Shown here one piece after another: positions 9,016 to 18,021 of a DNA stretch of 64,000 nt. Below the pieces are notes generated by a model. That model made no database searches. It saw nothing but the letters and a program-made list of their open reading frames with translations, and was not told the origin of the DNA. A program made the position numbers and the translations under genes. Within the stretch, counting starts at the first letter, position 1. Each line of letters starts with the position of its first letter. The DNA comes from Promethearchaeota archaeon (GTDB lineage Archaea; Asgardarchaeota; Lokiarchaeia; Sigyniarchaeales; SOKP01). The stretch lies in the NCBI GenBank assembly GCA_048937405.1, contig JBHLNF010000008.1, positions 32,001-96,000 of the forward strand. The letters run 5' to 3'.

Positions 9016-9987
9016 TTGAAAAAAAAGGCAAACTTAGATTCGGAAATTTCAGTGTGTTCTCATCAAAATGTTAAAAAGGATAGTGGATTTTATGTATGTC
9101 AGGATTGCGGTTTAATCATGGAAGATAATTTGGCATTTGAAGAAACTGTACCTTTCAGTGAATACTTTACAGATTCACAGAGAGAGTATGAACGACGAAT
9201 CCGAATTGGTGATTCAAAAGCTCTCCAAGATCCAATAATAAAAGAAAAATATGATCGAATTAAAACTCTTGAGAAATGGTTTAGAGATTATAAATCTGAT
9301 TTTACGGAACAAAAGAAAACAATTGAGTTATTAAAAGGGCATGGTATTGGATTAAATATCGATCAAGTAAAATATGCAGGGATTAAAGATAGATATTTGA
9401 AGTATAATAAATATCACCGACATAATTATCAAAACACGGTGATAATCTTTCTTGCAATTGTGTGGATGGAGATAAAAGATACGACAAATATCCGAATCGA
9501 AGCATATATTGATGTATCCAAAAAATTGGGGCATAAGATAAATAAAAAAATGCTAAATAACGCAATGTTAAAAGTAAAACGGACTGAAAATATGTTAAAA
9601 AGTAAAAAAACTATTTTAGATATAGAGAAAGAAATTAAAAACCGAATAAAAATTGTATTCCAAAAAGATTTAAACAATATACCTCATAACAAAATCCAAG
9701 AAAATATACCTGATAAAGAAGAATACGAAAAAATTAAAATGGAAATGCTGTTGTTAGTTGATATAATTCTTAATAAAATCTCATATAAACATATTCAAAA
9801 CCGAAATTATAAGGCATTTACGGCGGGATTGATGTATTATATTGGTCAGACTCTCGATAATAGAAAAATTTTTACCCAAAGTTTGATTGAAGAAGCAACA
9901 AAATTTTCAAGTACTACTATTAGAAAAAAATTTCATGTTTTAAAAGATCTAATAGGAGATCCTGAGATGCTTAGAGTAAAAATATGA
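9016..9987 (+). CDS. Divergent TFIIB-like protein (Zn ribbon + two degenerate cyclin-like repeats)
   Basis: CSH...VCQDCGLIM ribbon; C-terminal KAFTAGLMYYIG...TQSLIEEATKFSSTTIRKKF parallels TFB repeat 2. Confidence 0.7.
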   Translation: MKKKANLDSEISVCSHQNVKKDSGFYVCQDCGLIMEDNLAFEETVPFSEYFTDSQREYERRIRIGDSKALQDPIIKEKYDRIKTLEKWFRDYKSDFTEQKKTIELLKGHGIGLNIDQVKYAGIKDRYLKYNKYHRHNYQNTVIIFLAIVWMEIKDTTNIRIEAYIDVSKKLGHKINKKMLNNAMLKVKRTENMLKSKKTILDIEKEIKNRIKIVFQKDLNNIPHNKIQENIPDKEEYEKIKMEMLLLVDIILNKISYKHIQNRNYKAFTAGLMYYIGQTLDNRKIFTQSLIEEATKFSSTTIRKKFHVLKDLIGDPEMLRVKI

Positions 9988-10075
9988 GAATTTTTCTCAT
10001 CAGTCTAAATCATTAATAAGTATTGAAATAATAATATATAATATTTAAATTAGAATCATAGTTAAAATTATTAAG

Positions 10076-12955
10076 ATGTCATCATTAGAGAAAAAAGAGA
10101 ACTCTTACTATTATAATCAACCAATTGAAAAGTTAATTAAAACTTTCAATACTGATATTAATCATGGTATAAATTCTTCTGAATTATATGAGAGACATCT
10201 AAAATATGGATATAATGAAATATCGAGAATTAAAAAATCTATATGGAAGATTTATCTAGCACCAATTTTTAATTTTTTAATCGTAATTTTATTAGTAACT
10301 GCAATTATAGTAGCTATTTTAGGCTCGATTGGGGATACTGTTATAACTTTTAGTGTAATTGTTATCAATTCTGCTACAGCTATAATCCAACAATTTAGGG
10401 CTCAAAAAGCTTTAGAATCTCTTAGAGAAATTTCAGGTTTAAAAGCAAATATTCTACGGGATGGTAATCAATATGAAATTGTTACGAGAGAATTAATTCC
10501 CGGGGATATTGTTATACTTGAACAAGGAGATAAAATACCAGCTGATGGGAGAATAATAGAAGAAATGAATTTAACTATTGATGAAGCTCCATTAACAGGT
10601 GAAAGTGAACCCGTAGAAAAAAATAATAAACTTATAGAAGAAATGGAAATAACAATTCAAAAGCAATCAAACATGGTATTTATGGGTACATATGTTCAAA
10701 CTGGTCGAGCAAAAGAATTGGTAACTGGAATTGGAATGAATACAGAAATTGGAAAAATCTCTCAAACCTTAAATGAAATGGGTAGTATTGAAGATATTCC
10801 ACTAACTAGAAAGTTAAATAGACTCGGGTACATCTTAGGGACCTTAGTAATAATAAATTTAATTATTTTAATAATTTATAAATTTTCATGGCTTTTAATT
10901 CAAAAAAATTTCATTGAAAGCCAAATTATTGATGCATTAGTGGATTCTATATTAAGAGCGATGAATATTGTTCCTATTAATTTACCATTATTATCTACTT
11001 TAGTCCTAATCACTGGAGTTTTGACAATGGCACAAACAGGAGTTATAGTCAAAAATTTATCCGCAATAGAATCTCTTGGACGAGTATCTGTTATATGTTC
11101 AGATAAAACTGGTACTATAACAAAAAATGAGATGACTGTTGAAAAATTTTGGGTAAATGAAAAAGAATATGATGTTACTGGTTCTGGGTATGATGCAGAA
11201 GGAGAAATTTTAAAAAGTGGTAATCCAATTGGACTAGATAATAATTCTACATTTCAAATGTTTATTGATTCTATCGTTGTGAATAATAATGCGAGTCTTA
11301 TATTTGAGGATGTAAGGGTAAAATTAAGAGATCTAAAAGAAAAAGCAATAAGGAAAGCATTAGGATCACCTACAGAAGCTGCATTATTGGTATTAGCTGA
11401 AAAAGCTGGTTACTTTACATATGATATCAAAAAAAAATATGAAATATCTGCTGAATATTCTTTTAGTTCTGAATTCAAAAGGATGACGTCAATTTGTAAG
11501 CTGGTTTCGGATAATTCAACTATTTATGCCTTTTCTAAAGGAGCACCTGAAAGAATTTTGAAAATTTCCTCTCAAATTGAAATAAATGGTACTCTCAAAT
11601 CTTTTGATGTTGAGTATAAAACCCAAATTTCTGATAAAATAGACGAACAAGCCAAAAAAGGATTTAGGACATTAGCAATAGCATATAAAAGATTAAATTC
11701 AAGTATTAATGAAAAAAGAGAAGAAGTTGAGAGAGATTTAATCTTTTTAGGATTTGTCTCAATTATGGATCCACCTCGAGAAAATGTTAAAGAATCAATA
11801 GAAATTTGCAAAAAAGGTGGTATAAAAGTAATAATGATTACTGGTGATCATCCTGCTACAGCTCAAACAGTAGCTTCTCAAATGGGTATCTTTTCTGAAG
11901 AAAACTTAGTCGCAACTGGAGATCAAATTAAAAATATGAATCTATCAGAGTTTAATAAAACCACGGTTTTCGCTCGTGTAGAGCCAACTGATAAAGAGAT
12001 TATTGTTAGAAACTATCAAAATCAAGATTATATATGCGCTATGACAGGGGATGGGATAAATGATGCACCTGCATTGAAATTAGCTAATGCGGGAATCGCA
12101 ATGGGAATAACAGGAACGGACCTTGCTAAAGAGGCTTCGGACATGGTAATTACAGATGATAATTTTGTATCTATTAAGCAAGGTGTTAAAATTGGAAGAG
12201 GAATATTCGCAAAAATAAGAACGATTATTTTTTTCTTTATTTGTACAAATATAATGGAAGGAATCATCTTTTTTGGTTTTGAAATGCTTCAACCATTTAC
12301 TGGATTTGAATTGTTCTCTTCAAATTGGCAACATATCTATATTTTTGGAATCTTGCATTCTTTTCCATCCTTAGCATTAGTTTTAGATATTCATCCAAAA
12401 GACATCATGAATAATCCCCCTAGAAATGAAGAAGAATTATTGAATAAGAATTTATGGCTATTCTTATTAGTTCAAGCTTTTCTTGGAGGTCTAGGTTTAA
12501 TTTTAGCATTACAATTGACTTTAAGTGGTTTAATTCCCTTGAATTCTTGGAATCTAAATGATTCATTAAGCTATTTGCCAACTGGAGCAACTGAAATAGA
12601 TATGCTACATATGAAAGCAAGAACTATGTTTATAACAACAATTTATATCTTTGAATCATTTTTCATTTGGACGTTTAGACGTCCAAACAAATCATTATAT
12701 AAGAGTTTGAAGGAAGAAATTAGTTATACCTTATTGCTTATTTGTATTTTTACATTAGGTTTACATATTCTTTTTATATGCTTTTCTTACACAGTTAATT
12801 ATTACGTAAATGATATACTTGCGTTAGACTTACAAATTAACTTCATTTTCCTTAGCGGAACAGATTGGATAATATGCTTTTTACTTACCATGCCTGGTAT
12901 ATTAGGAATTGAACTATTTAAATACTTAGCAAGAGATAGGCAAATTTATTTTTAA
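10076..12955 (+). CDS. P-type ATPase, P2A-like scaffold with non-canonical transport site
   Basis: LTGESEP, CSDKTGT (D343), KGAPE, DPPR, MITGDH, MTGDGINDAPAL; M4 reads PINLP. Confidence 0.92.
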   Translation: MSSLEKKENSYYYNQPIEKLIKTFNTDINHGINSSELYERHLKYGYNEISRIKKSIWKIYLAPIFNFLIVILLVTAIIVAILGSIGDTVITFSVIVINSATAIIQQFRAQKALESLREISGLKANILRDGNQYEIVTRELIPGDIVILEQGDKIPADGRIIEEMNLTIDEAPLTGESEPVEKNNKLIEEMEITIQKQSNMVFMGTYVQTGRAKELVTGIGMNTEIGKISQTLNEMGSIEDIPLTRKLNRLGYILGTLVIINLIILIIYKFSWLLIQKNFIESQIIDALVDSILRAMNIVPINLPLLSTLVLITGVLTMAQTGVIVKNLSAIESLGRVSVICSDKTGTITKNEMTVEKFWVNEKEYDVTGSGYDAEGEILKSGNPIGLDNNSTFQMFIDSIVVNNNASLIFEDVRVKLRDLKEKAIRKALGSPTEAALLVLAEKAGYFTYDIKKKYEISAEYSFSSEFKRMTSICKLVSDNSTIYAFSKGAPERILKISSQIEINGTLKSFDVEYKTQISDKIDEQAKKGFRTLAIAYKRLNSSINEKREEVERDLIFLGFVSIMDPPRENVKESIEICKKGGIKVIMITGDHPATAQTVASQMGIFSEENLVATGDQIKNMNLSEFNKTTVFARVEPTDKEIIVRNYQNQDYICAMTGDGINDAPALKLANAGIAMGITGTDLAKEASDMVITDDNFVSIKQGVKIGRGIFAKIRTIIFFFICTNIMEGIIFFGFEMLQPFTGFELFSSNWQHIYIFGILHSFPSLALVLDIHPKDIMNNPPRNEEELLNKNLWLFLLVQAFLGGLGLILALQLTLSGLIPLNSWNLNDSLSYLPTGATEIDMLHMKARTMFITTIYIFESFFIWTFRRPNKSLYKSLKEEISYTLLLICIFTLGLHILFICFSYTVNYYVNDILALDLQINFIFLSGTDWIICFLLTMPGILGIELFKYLARDRQIYF

Positions 12956-13096
12956 TGAGATATTATCTTTTTCTTATCCTTTAATAATCTTATGATATCT
13001 TTAAATTAAATGATTATTATAGGTTATTTATTAAATGAATTAGAAATTAGAATTCAATTATAACTAACTATTCTTAATAATTCTGGAAGACTTAAT

Positions 13097-15973
13097 ATGG
13101 AAACTACAGATGAAAAATATTATAATATTGAATTAGAGCAAATTTATCAAAAATTTCAAACTAATTCTAAAACAGGATTAACTCAAAAAGAAGTTATTAA
13201 AAGATTAGAAAAGTATGGATATAATGAGATTCCTAAAGTATCCAAAGGATTCATTAAAATCTATTTAGCACCTCTATTTAACTGGCTTATTGTCATTTAT
13301 TTAATTGGGGCATTAATTTTATTTTTAGCATGGTTATTTGGAGGTGAGGGTGATTTAATTTTCATTTCAATTACTCTAGGAATTGTATTTTTAAATTGTT
13401 TTGTTGCTATTGTCCAGCAATATAGAGCTACAAAAAAGCTTAAAGCCTTACGTGAACTTACTGCACCTACTTCGACTATAATTAGGGATGGACAAAAACA
13501 AGATATCCCAACTAAGGAAATTGTAGTTGGAGATTTATTAATATTAAATCAAGGAGATAAAGTCCCTGCAGATGCCAGAGTTATTGAATCTTATAATTTA
13601 GTAATTAATGAAGCTTCATTAACAGGAGAATCTGAACCTGTAAGAAAATCTGAATCAGGAAGAGCATTACAAAGAAAAGATATTTCAATAGGAGAACGTA
13701 ATAATATGGTATTTTATGGAACCTACATAACTACTGGAAATGGTAAGTCTATTGTCGTCAAAACGGGAGGAAATACTGAAATTGGTAAAATTTCTCATGG
13801 TTTAGAAGAAGCAGGTACCAGTGAAATACCGATTAGAAAAAAGATGAATAATTTTGGAAAGTGGTTAGGGTTAATAACTTTTGCTTTTTGGTTTATAATA
13901 TTAATTATTCTTTGGGCCGTGAGGGGAGAAGTTAGTATTGTTGAGAGTATGAATTCTGCGCTTGATTTAATGCCAATCAATTTACCATTGCTCTCTACTA
14001 TTGTTTTGATTACAGGTGTAGTAGCTATGGCCCATCGTGGTGTTATTATAAGAAATTTGGCTTCTGTTGATAGTTTAGGTAGAGTAAGTGTTGTATGTTC
14101 AGATAAAACAGGGACACTAACGAAAAATCAAATGTCAATTCAACATGTATGGACAAATGGATCGATATTTAGAGTAACTGGTAGTGGTTATAATCCCGAA
14201 GGAGACATTATTTTAATGGATAATCCAAAAAACCCAACTTATGTGAAGCACATTAATGATTTTCCATATTTAAAGATGCTTTTAACTGCTGGATTTTTAA
14301 ATAATAACTCGGCACTAATAAAAAGCGAGATTGATATTTCAGGGAAGATAATTCCTAATTGGAATGTAGTAGGCTCACCTACTGAAGGTGCACTCATGGT
14401 TTTATTTCAAAAGGGTATGGGGGATTATCTACTTGATGACTATGAATCTATCACTGAATATCCTTTCGATTCATCATTAAAAAGAATGACTAAACTTTAT
14501 AAAAAGGATCATGCTTATTATTCTTTTACTAAGGGGGCAAGTGAAATTTTAATTCCCCAATGTACAAAAATCTTATATAACGATTCTGAAATCAATTTAA
14601 GTGAAGAAATAAAAAATAAAGTTATAGAAATTGTAAATCTATATGCTAATCAGGGATATCGAATTTTAAGTCTGTGTTATAAAATAATGGATACCATTCC
14701 ACCAGAAGGTGATAAAGGAAGAGAAATTAGTGAATCAGATATGATTTTTATAGGATTTGTAACAATACTGGATCCTCCTAGAGAAGGGGTAAAGGAATCT
14801 GTAGAACAATGCCATGAAGCAGGTGTGGATGTAGTAATGATTACTGGTGATTCCCCTTCAACAGCAAGAGCAATTGCCTCACAAATTGGGATTGTCACCA
14901 ATGAGAGTGATATGGCAATTGAGGGAAAGGATATAAAAAATTATGAATCCTATGATGAGTTTAAAAATATCAAAGTTTTTGCTCGTGTATCTCCAGAACA
15001 TAAAGAAGAAATTGTAGAAAAGTATCAAGAACAGAAAAAAGTAGTAGCGATGACCGGTGATGGTGTGAATGATGCGTTAGCATTAAATATGGCAGATGCA
15101 GGAATTGCCATGGGAATTACAGGAACTGATGTAGCTAAAGAAGCTTCTGACATGGTTATATCTGATGATTCTTTTAATTCAATAGTAATTGGTATTAACC
15201 ACGGTAGGGGGATATTCGCAAGAATCCGTGCTGTCGTATTTTTTTATATTTGTATTAATGTATTTGAAGGCCTTGTTCAATTTATACTAGCAATTATATT
15301 AGATTTACCCTATTTCTTAGATGAGAATTTCCAATTTCAATGGGTTTTTCTTTCAATAACTTTACATCTTTTTCCAGGATTGATTCTTACATTTGATACT
15401 ACTTCTGAAGATGTTATGAAAGAAAAGCCAAGAGATTCAGAAGAAATTCTCTCAAAAAATATCTTATATTTACTATTTGTATTTGGTATCTTACTTGCTA
15501 CAAGTATGGTAATAGTATATTACATTACAATTACGGGTATATATCCAGTTTCTTCTGAAAACTTAATAGAAGGTTATCTATATTATGATGAGAGCTTATT
15601 ACCAACGGATATCGATATAAATGAGATCCGAATCATTGGAAAAACCTTAACAATGATGATGTGCACTCTTTTTTTCTGTGAATCTATTCTTATATATCAG
15701 ATTAGAAGACCTAATAAATCTTTGATAAAAAGCCTTATTGAGGATCGAACTAAATTCATGTTCGCTTTAATTGGTGTTTTATATTTTATATTCCTTGCTC
15801 TGATATATATTCCTGGAGTACAAATTTTCCTAGCAGAATCATGGGGGGTCAATTTTATGTTTATGTTTTTAACGGGATTTGATTGGTTAGTATGTTTCTT
15901 GATTTCATTAATTTGCATCGTTTCTTTTGAAATCGTCAAATTTATTGCTCGAAAAAAAGGAATTACATTTTAA
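13097..15973 (+). CDS. P-type ATPase, tandem paralog, same non-canonical transport site
   Basis: LTGESEP, CSDKTGT (D336), KGASE, DPPR, MITGDS, MTGDGVNDALAL; M4 reads PINLP. Confidence 0.92.
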   Translation: METTDEKYYNIELEQIYQKFQTNSKTGLTQKEVIKRLEKYGYNEIPKVSKGFIKIYLAPLFNWLIVIYLIGALILFLAWLFGGEGDLIFISITLGIVFLNCFVAIVQQYRATKKLKALRELTAPTSTIIRDGQKQDIPTKEIVVGDLLILNQGDKVPADARVIESYNLVINEASLTGESEPVRKSESGRALQRKDISIGERNNMVFYGTYITTGNGKSIVVKTGGNTEIGKISHGLEEAGTSEIPIRKKMNNFGKWLGLITFAFWFIILIILWAVRGEVSIVESMNSALDLMPINLPLLSTIVLITGVVAMAHRGVIIRNLASVDSLGRVSVVCSDKTGTLTKNQMSIQHVWTNGSIFRVTGSGYNPEGDIILMDNPKNPTYVKHINDFPYLKMLLTAGFLNNNSALIKSEIDISGKIIPNWNVVGSPTEGALMVLFQKGMGDYLLDDYESITEYPFDSSLKRMTKLYKKDHAYYSFTKGASEILIPQCTKILYNDSEINLSEEIKNKVIEIVNLYANQGYRILSLCYKIMDTIPPEGDKGREISESDMIFIGFVTILDPPREGVKESVEQCHEAGVDVVMITGDSPSTARAIASQIGIVTNESDMAIEGKDIKNYESYDEFKNIKVFARVSPEHKEEIVEKYQEQKKVVAMTGDGVNDALALNMADAGIAMGITGTDVAKEASDMVISDDSFNSIVIGINHGRGIFARIRAVVFFYICINVFEGLVQFILAIILDLPYFLDENFQFQWVFLSITLHLFPGLILTFDTTSEDVMKEKPRDSEEILSKNILYLLFVFGILLATSMVIVYYITITGIYPVSSENLIEGYLYYDESLLPTDIDINEIRIIGKTLTMMMCTLFFCESILIYQIRRPNKSLIKSLIEDRTKFMFALIGVLYFIFLALIYIPGVQIFLAESWGVNFMFMFLTGFDWLVCFLISLICIVSFEIVKFIARKKGITF

Positions 15974-16039
15974 GATTTTCATTCTTTTCCTTATTTTTCT
16001 TTAGATAATTTTTTATTTTAAACTTGATTTCTTTACTCT

Positions 16040-16585
16040 ATGCTGGGAAGAATGCGGGTTAAATTAGGACCTATTAAAAGAGAATATATCGATTCATTTC
16101 TCAAATGGTTTAATGATCCAGAAATTACTCAATATCTAATAATGTACCGTCCAATGACTAGGATGGCTGAAGAAGATTGGATTGAGAACCTTAAAGAAAA
16201 TGATGATGATATCCATTTTTCTATTGTTGTTTTCCATGAAGATGATCCTGAAAAGTTAATTGGAAATTGTGGATTACACAAAATTAATTGGAAAGATAGG
16301 ATTGCTGAAGTTGGAATTGTTATTGGAGAAAAAGAATATCAAAATAAGGGATATGGAACTGAAGCGTTGGATATTTTATTAGAATACGGCTTTGACACGG
16401 TTAATTTAAATCGAATCGAATTATATGTTTATGAATATAATACTAGAGCCATAAAATCCTATAAAAAGGTAGGATTTGTTGAAGAAGGACGAAAAAGACA
16501 ATTTATTTGGCATAAAGGAAAATATTATGATACTATATTGATGAGTATCTTAGCAGAAGAGTGGTATGGAAAAAAAAAATCATAA
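16040..16585 (+). CDS. RimJ/RimL-type GNAT acetyltransferase
   Basis: AEVGIVIGEKEYQNKGYGTEA, LNRIELYV...N.RAIKSY.KVGF..EG. Confidence 0.9.
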   Translation: MLGRMRVKLGPIKREYIDSFLKWFNDPEITQYLIMYRPMTRMAEEDWIENLKENDDDIHFSIVVFHEDDPEKLIGNCGLHKINWKDRIAEVGIVIGEKEYQNKGYGTEALDILLEYGFDTVNLNRIELYVYEYNTRAIKSYKKVGFVEEGRKRQFIWHKGKYYDTILMSILAEEWYGKKKS

Positions 16586-16677
16586 TAAAATACACTAGTT
16601 AATTTTTAGAATAATCTAATATTTATAGTATTTAATATTCAAATTAATATAATAGAATCATAAGTTAGTGAAATTAG

Positions 16678-17991
16678 ATGAATAAACCAATTGTATCTAT
16701 TGTTAAGTATGAGAAACCATTAGAATCTGTTCGAAAAGTAATTGAGATGGCAAAATTATTCGAAAATTTGCCAAAAAATGCAAAAGTAATCATCAAACCT
16801 AATATAGTATATTGGAATCTTTACCCTCATCCAAAATGGGGTTGCATTACTACCTCTCGAGTAATGGAAGATGTTATATTCTTACTAAAAGAGCATGGAA
16901 TTACTGATATATCTATTGGTGAAGGATTTAGTGATGATGAACATGCTGAAGATGCTTTTAATAAGTTAGGTTATAATAATCTTAAGGAAAGATATGGTGT
17001 AAAATTAATTAATACAAGTTCTCGTCCCTTTAAGAAAATAGATATGGGGTGTGATTTTTTAGTTAATTTCAGTTCAGATGCTCTTGAAGCAGATTATATA
17101 ATTGATCTTCCTGTATTAAAAACTCATTCTCAAGCCGTTGTAAGTCTTGGAATCAAAAATTTAAAAGGTTATATAAGTATACCTTCGCGTAAGAAGTTTC
17201 ATGGTGCTGATCCTATTAAGAATTTGCATTTTAATGTCGCTAAATTAGCAAATAACATCCCTCCTTGTTTAACTGTCATTGATGGAATTTACACACTTGA
17301 AAGAGGTCCTACTCTTGATGGAAAAGCTCATAGAAGTAACATTTTAGTTGCTTCTACAGATATCCTTTCTGCTGATCTTGTTGGTACCAAATTATTAGAT
17401 ATAGAACCCTCGATAGTACCTCATTTAGTTCAAGCCGCCAAAGATAGAAATAGAACCACTTCTTTATCTGAAATTGAAATTGTAGGAGAAAAAATTGAAG
17501 ATCTTGCAACTCCTCATGAGTGGGATTATATATACAATGAAGCAGGTGATTTACCTTTACCATTTGAACGTAGAGGCTTTGAAGGAATAAAATATCGTAA
17601 ATATGATACGACAATGTGCACGTATTGTTCTGGTATCAACGGCATCTTACTCGTTCTACTAATGAATGCTTGGCAAGCTAATGAAGGTAAACCTTTTGAT
17701 AATCTTGAGTTTTTAACAGGTAAGGTTATGGAACCTTCACCAGGGGTTAATAAAACAATATTAGTGGGACAATGTCAATATAACTTAAATAAGGATAATC
17801 CAATAATTAATGAAATGATACCTATCAGGGGTTGTCCTCCTTCCTTGGATGACGTTAAAGAGGCTTTTGTAAATTGTGGTATAAAAATTAATCCTGAGGT
17901 AATTGACAACTCAAGGCAAGGAGCATCATTCTTTTATCAAAAGTATAAAGGCAAACCTGAATTTGAGGAATCTTTTTATCAAATTGAATAA
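16678..17991 (+). CDS. DUF362-domain Fe-S protein
   Basis: IKPN, PVLKTH, SLGIKNLKG, IDGI...E.GP; C-terminal CTYC...GQC...GCPP. Confidence 0.8.
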   Translation: MNKPIVSIVKYEKPLESVRKVIEMAKLFENLPKNAKVIIKPNIVYWNLYPHPKWGCITTSRVMEDVIFLLKEHGITDISIGEGFSDDEHAEDAFNKLGYNNLKERYGVKLINTSSRPFKKIDMGCDFLVNFSSDALEADYIIDLPVLKTHSQAVVSLGIKNLKGYISIPSRKKFHGADPIKNLHFNVAKLANNIPPCLTVIDGIYTLERGPTLDGKAHRSNILVASTDILSADLVGTKLLDIEPSIVPHLVQAAKDRNRTTSLSEIEIVGEKIEDLATPHEWDYIYNEAGDLPLPFERRGFEGIKYRKYDTTMCTYCSGINGILLVLLMNAWQANEGKPFDNLEFLTGKVMEPSPGVNKTILVGQCQYNLNKDNPIINEMIPIRGCPPSLDDVKEAFVNCGIKINPEVIDNSRQGASFFYQKYKGKPEFEESFYQIE

Positions 17992-18021
17992 TATCTATAT
18001 TATCTTAATTCTTTTTTCTAT

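Noticed and set aside
10076-15973. Calling the ATPases SERCA-type Ca2+ pumps, or outright P4 flippases
   Set aside because: Ca2+ site II ligands are absent, but the A domain has TGES rather than DGET and no CDC50-like gene is visible; substrate left open
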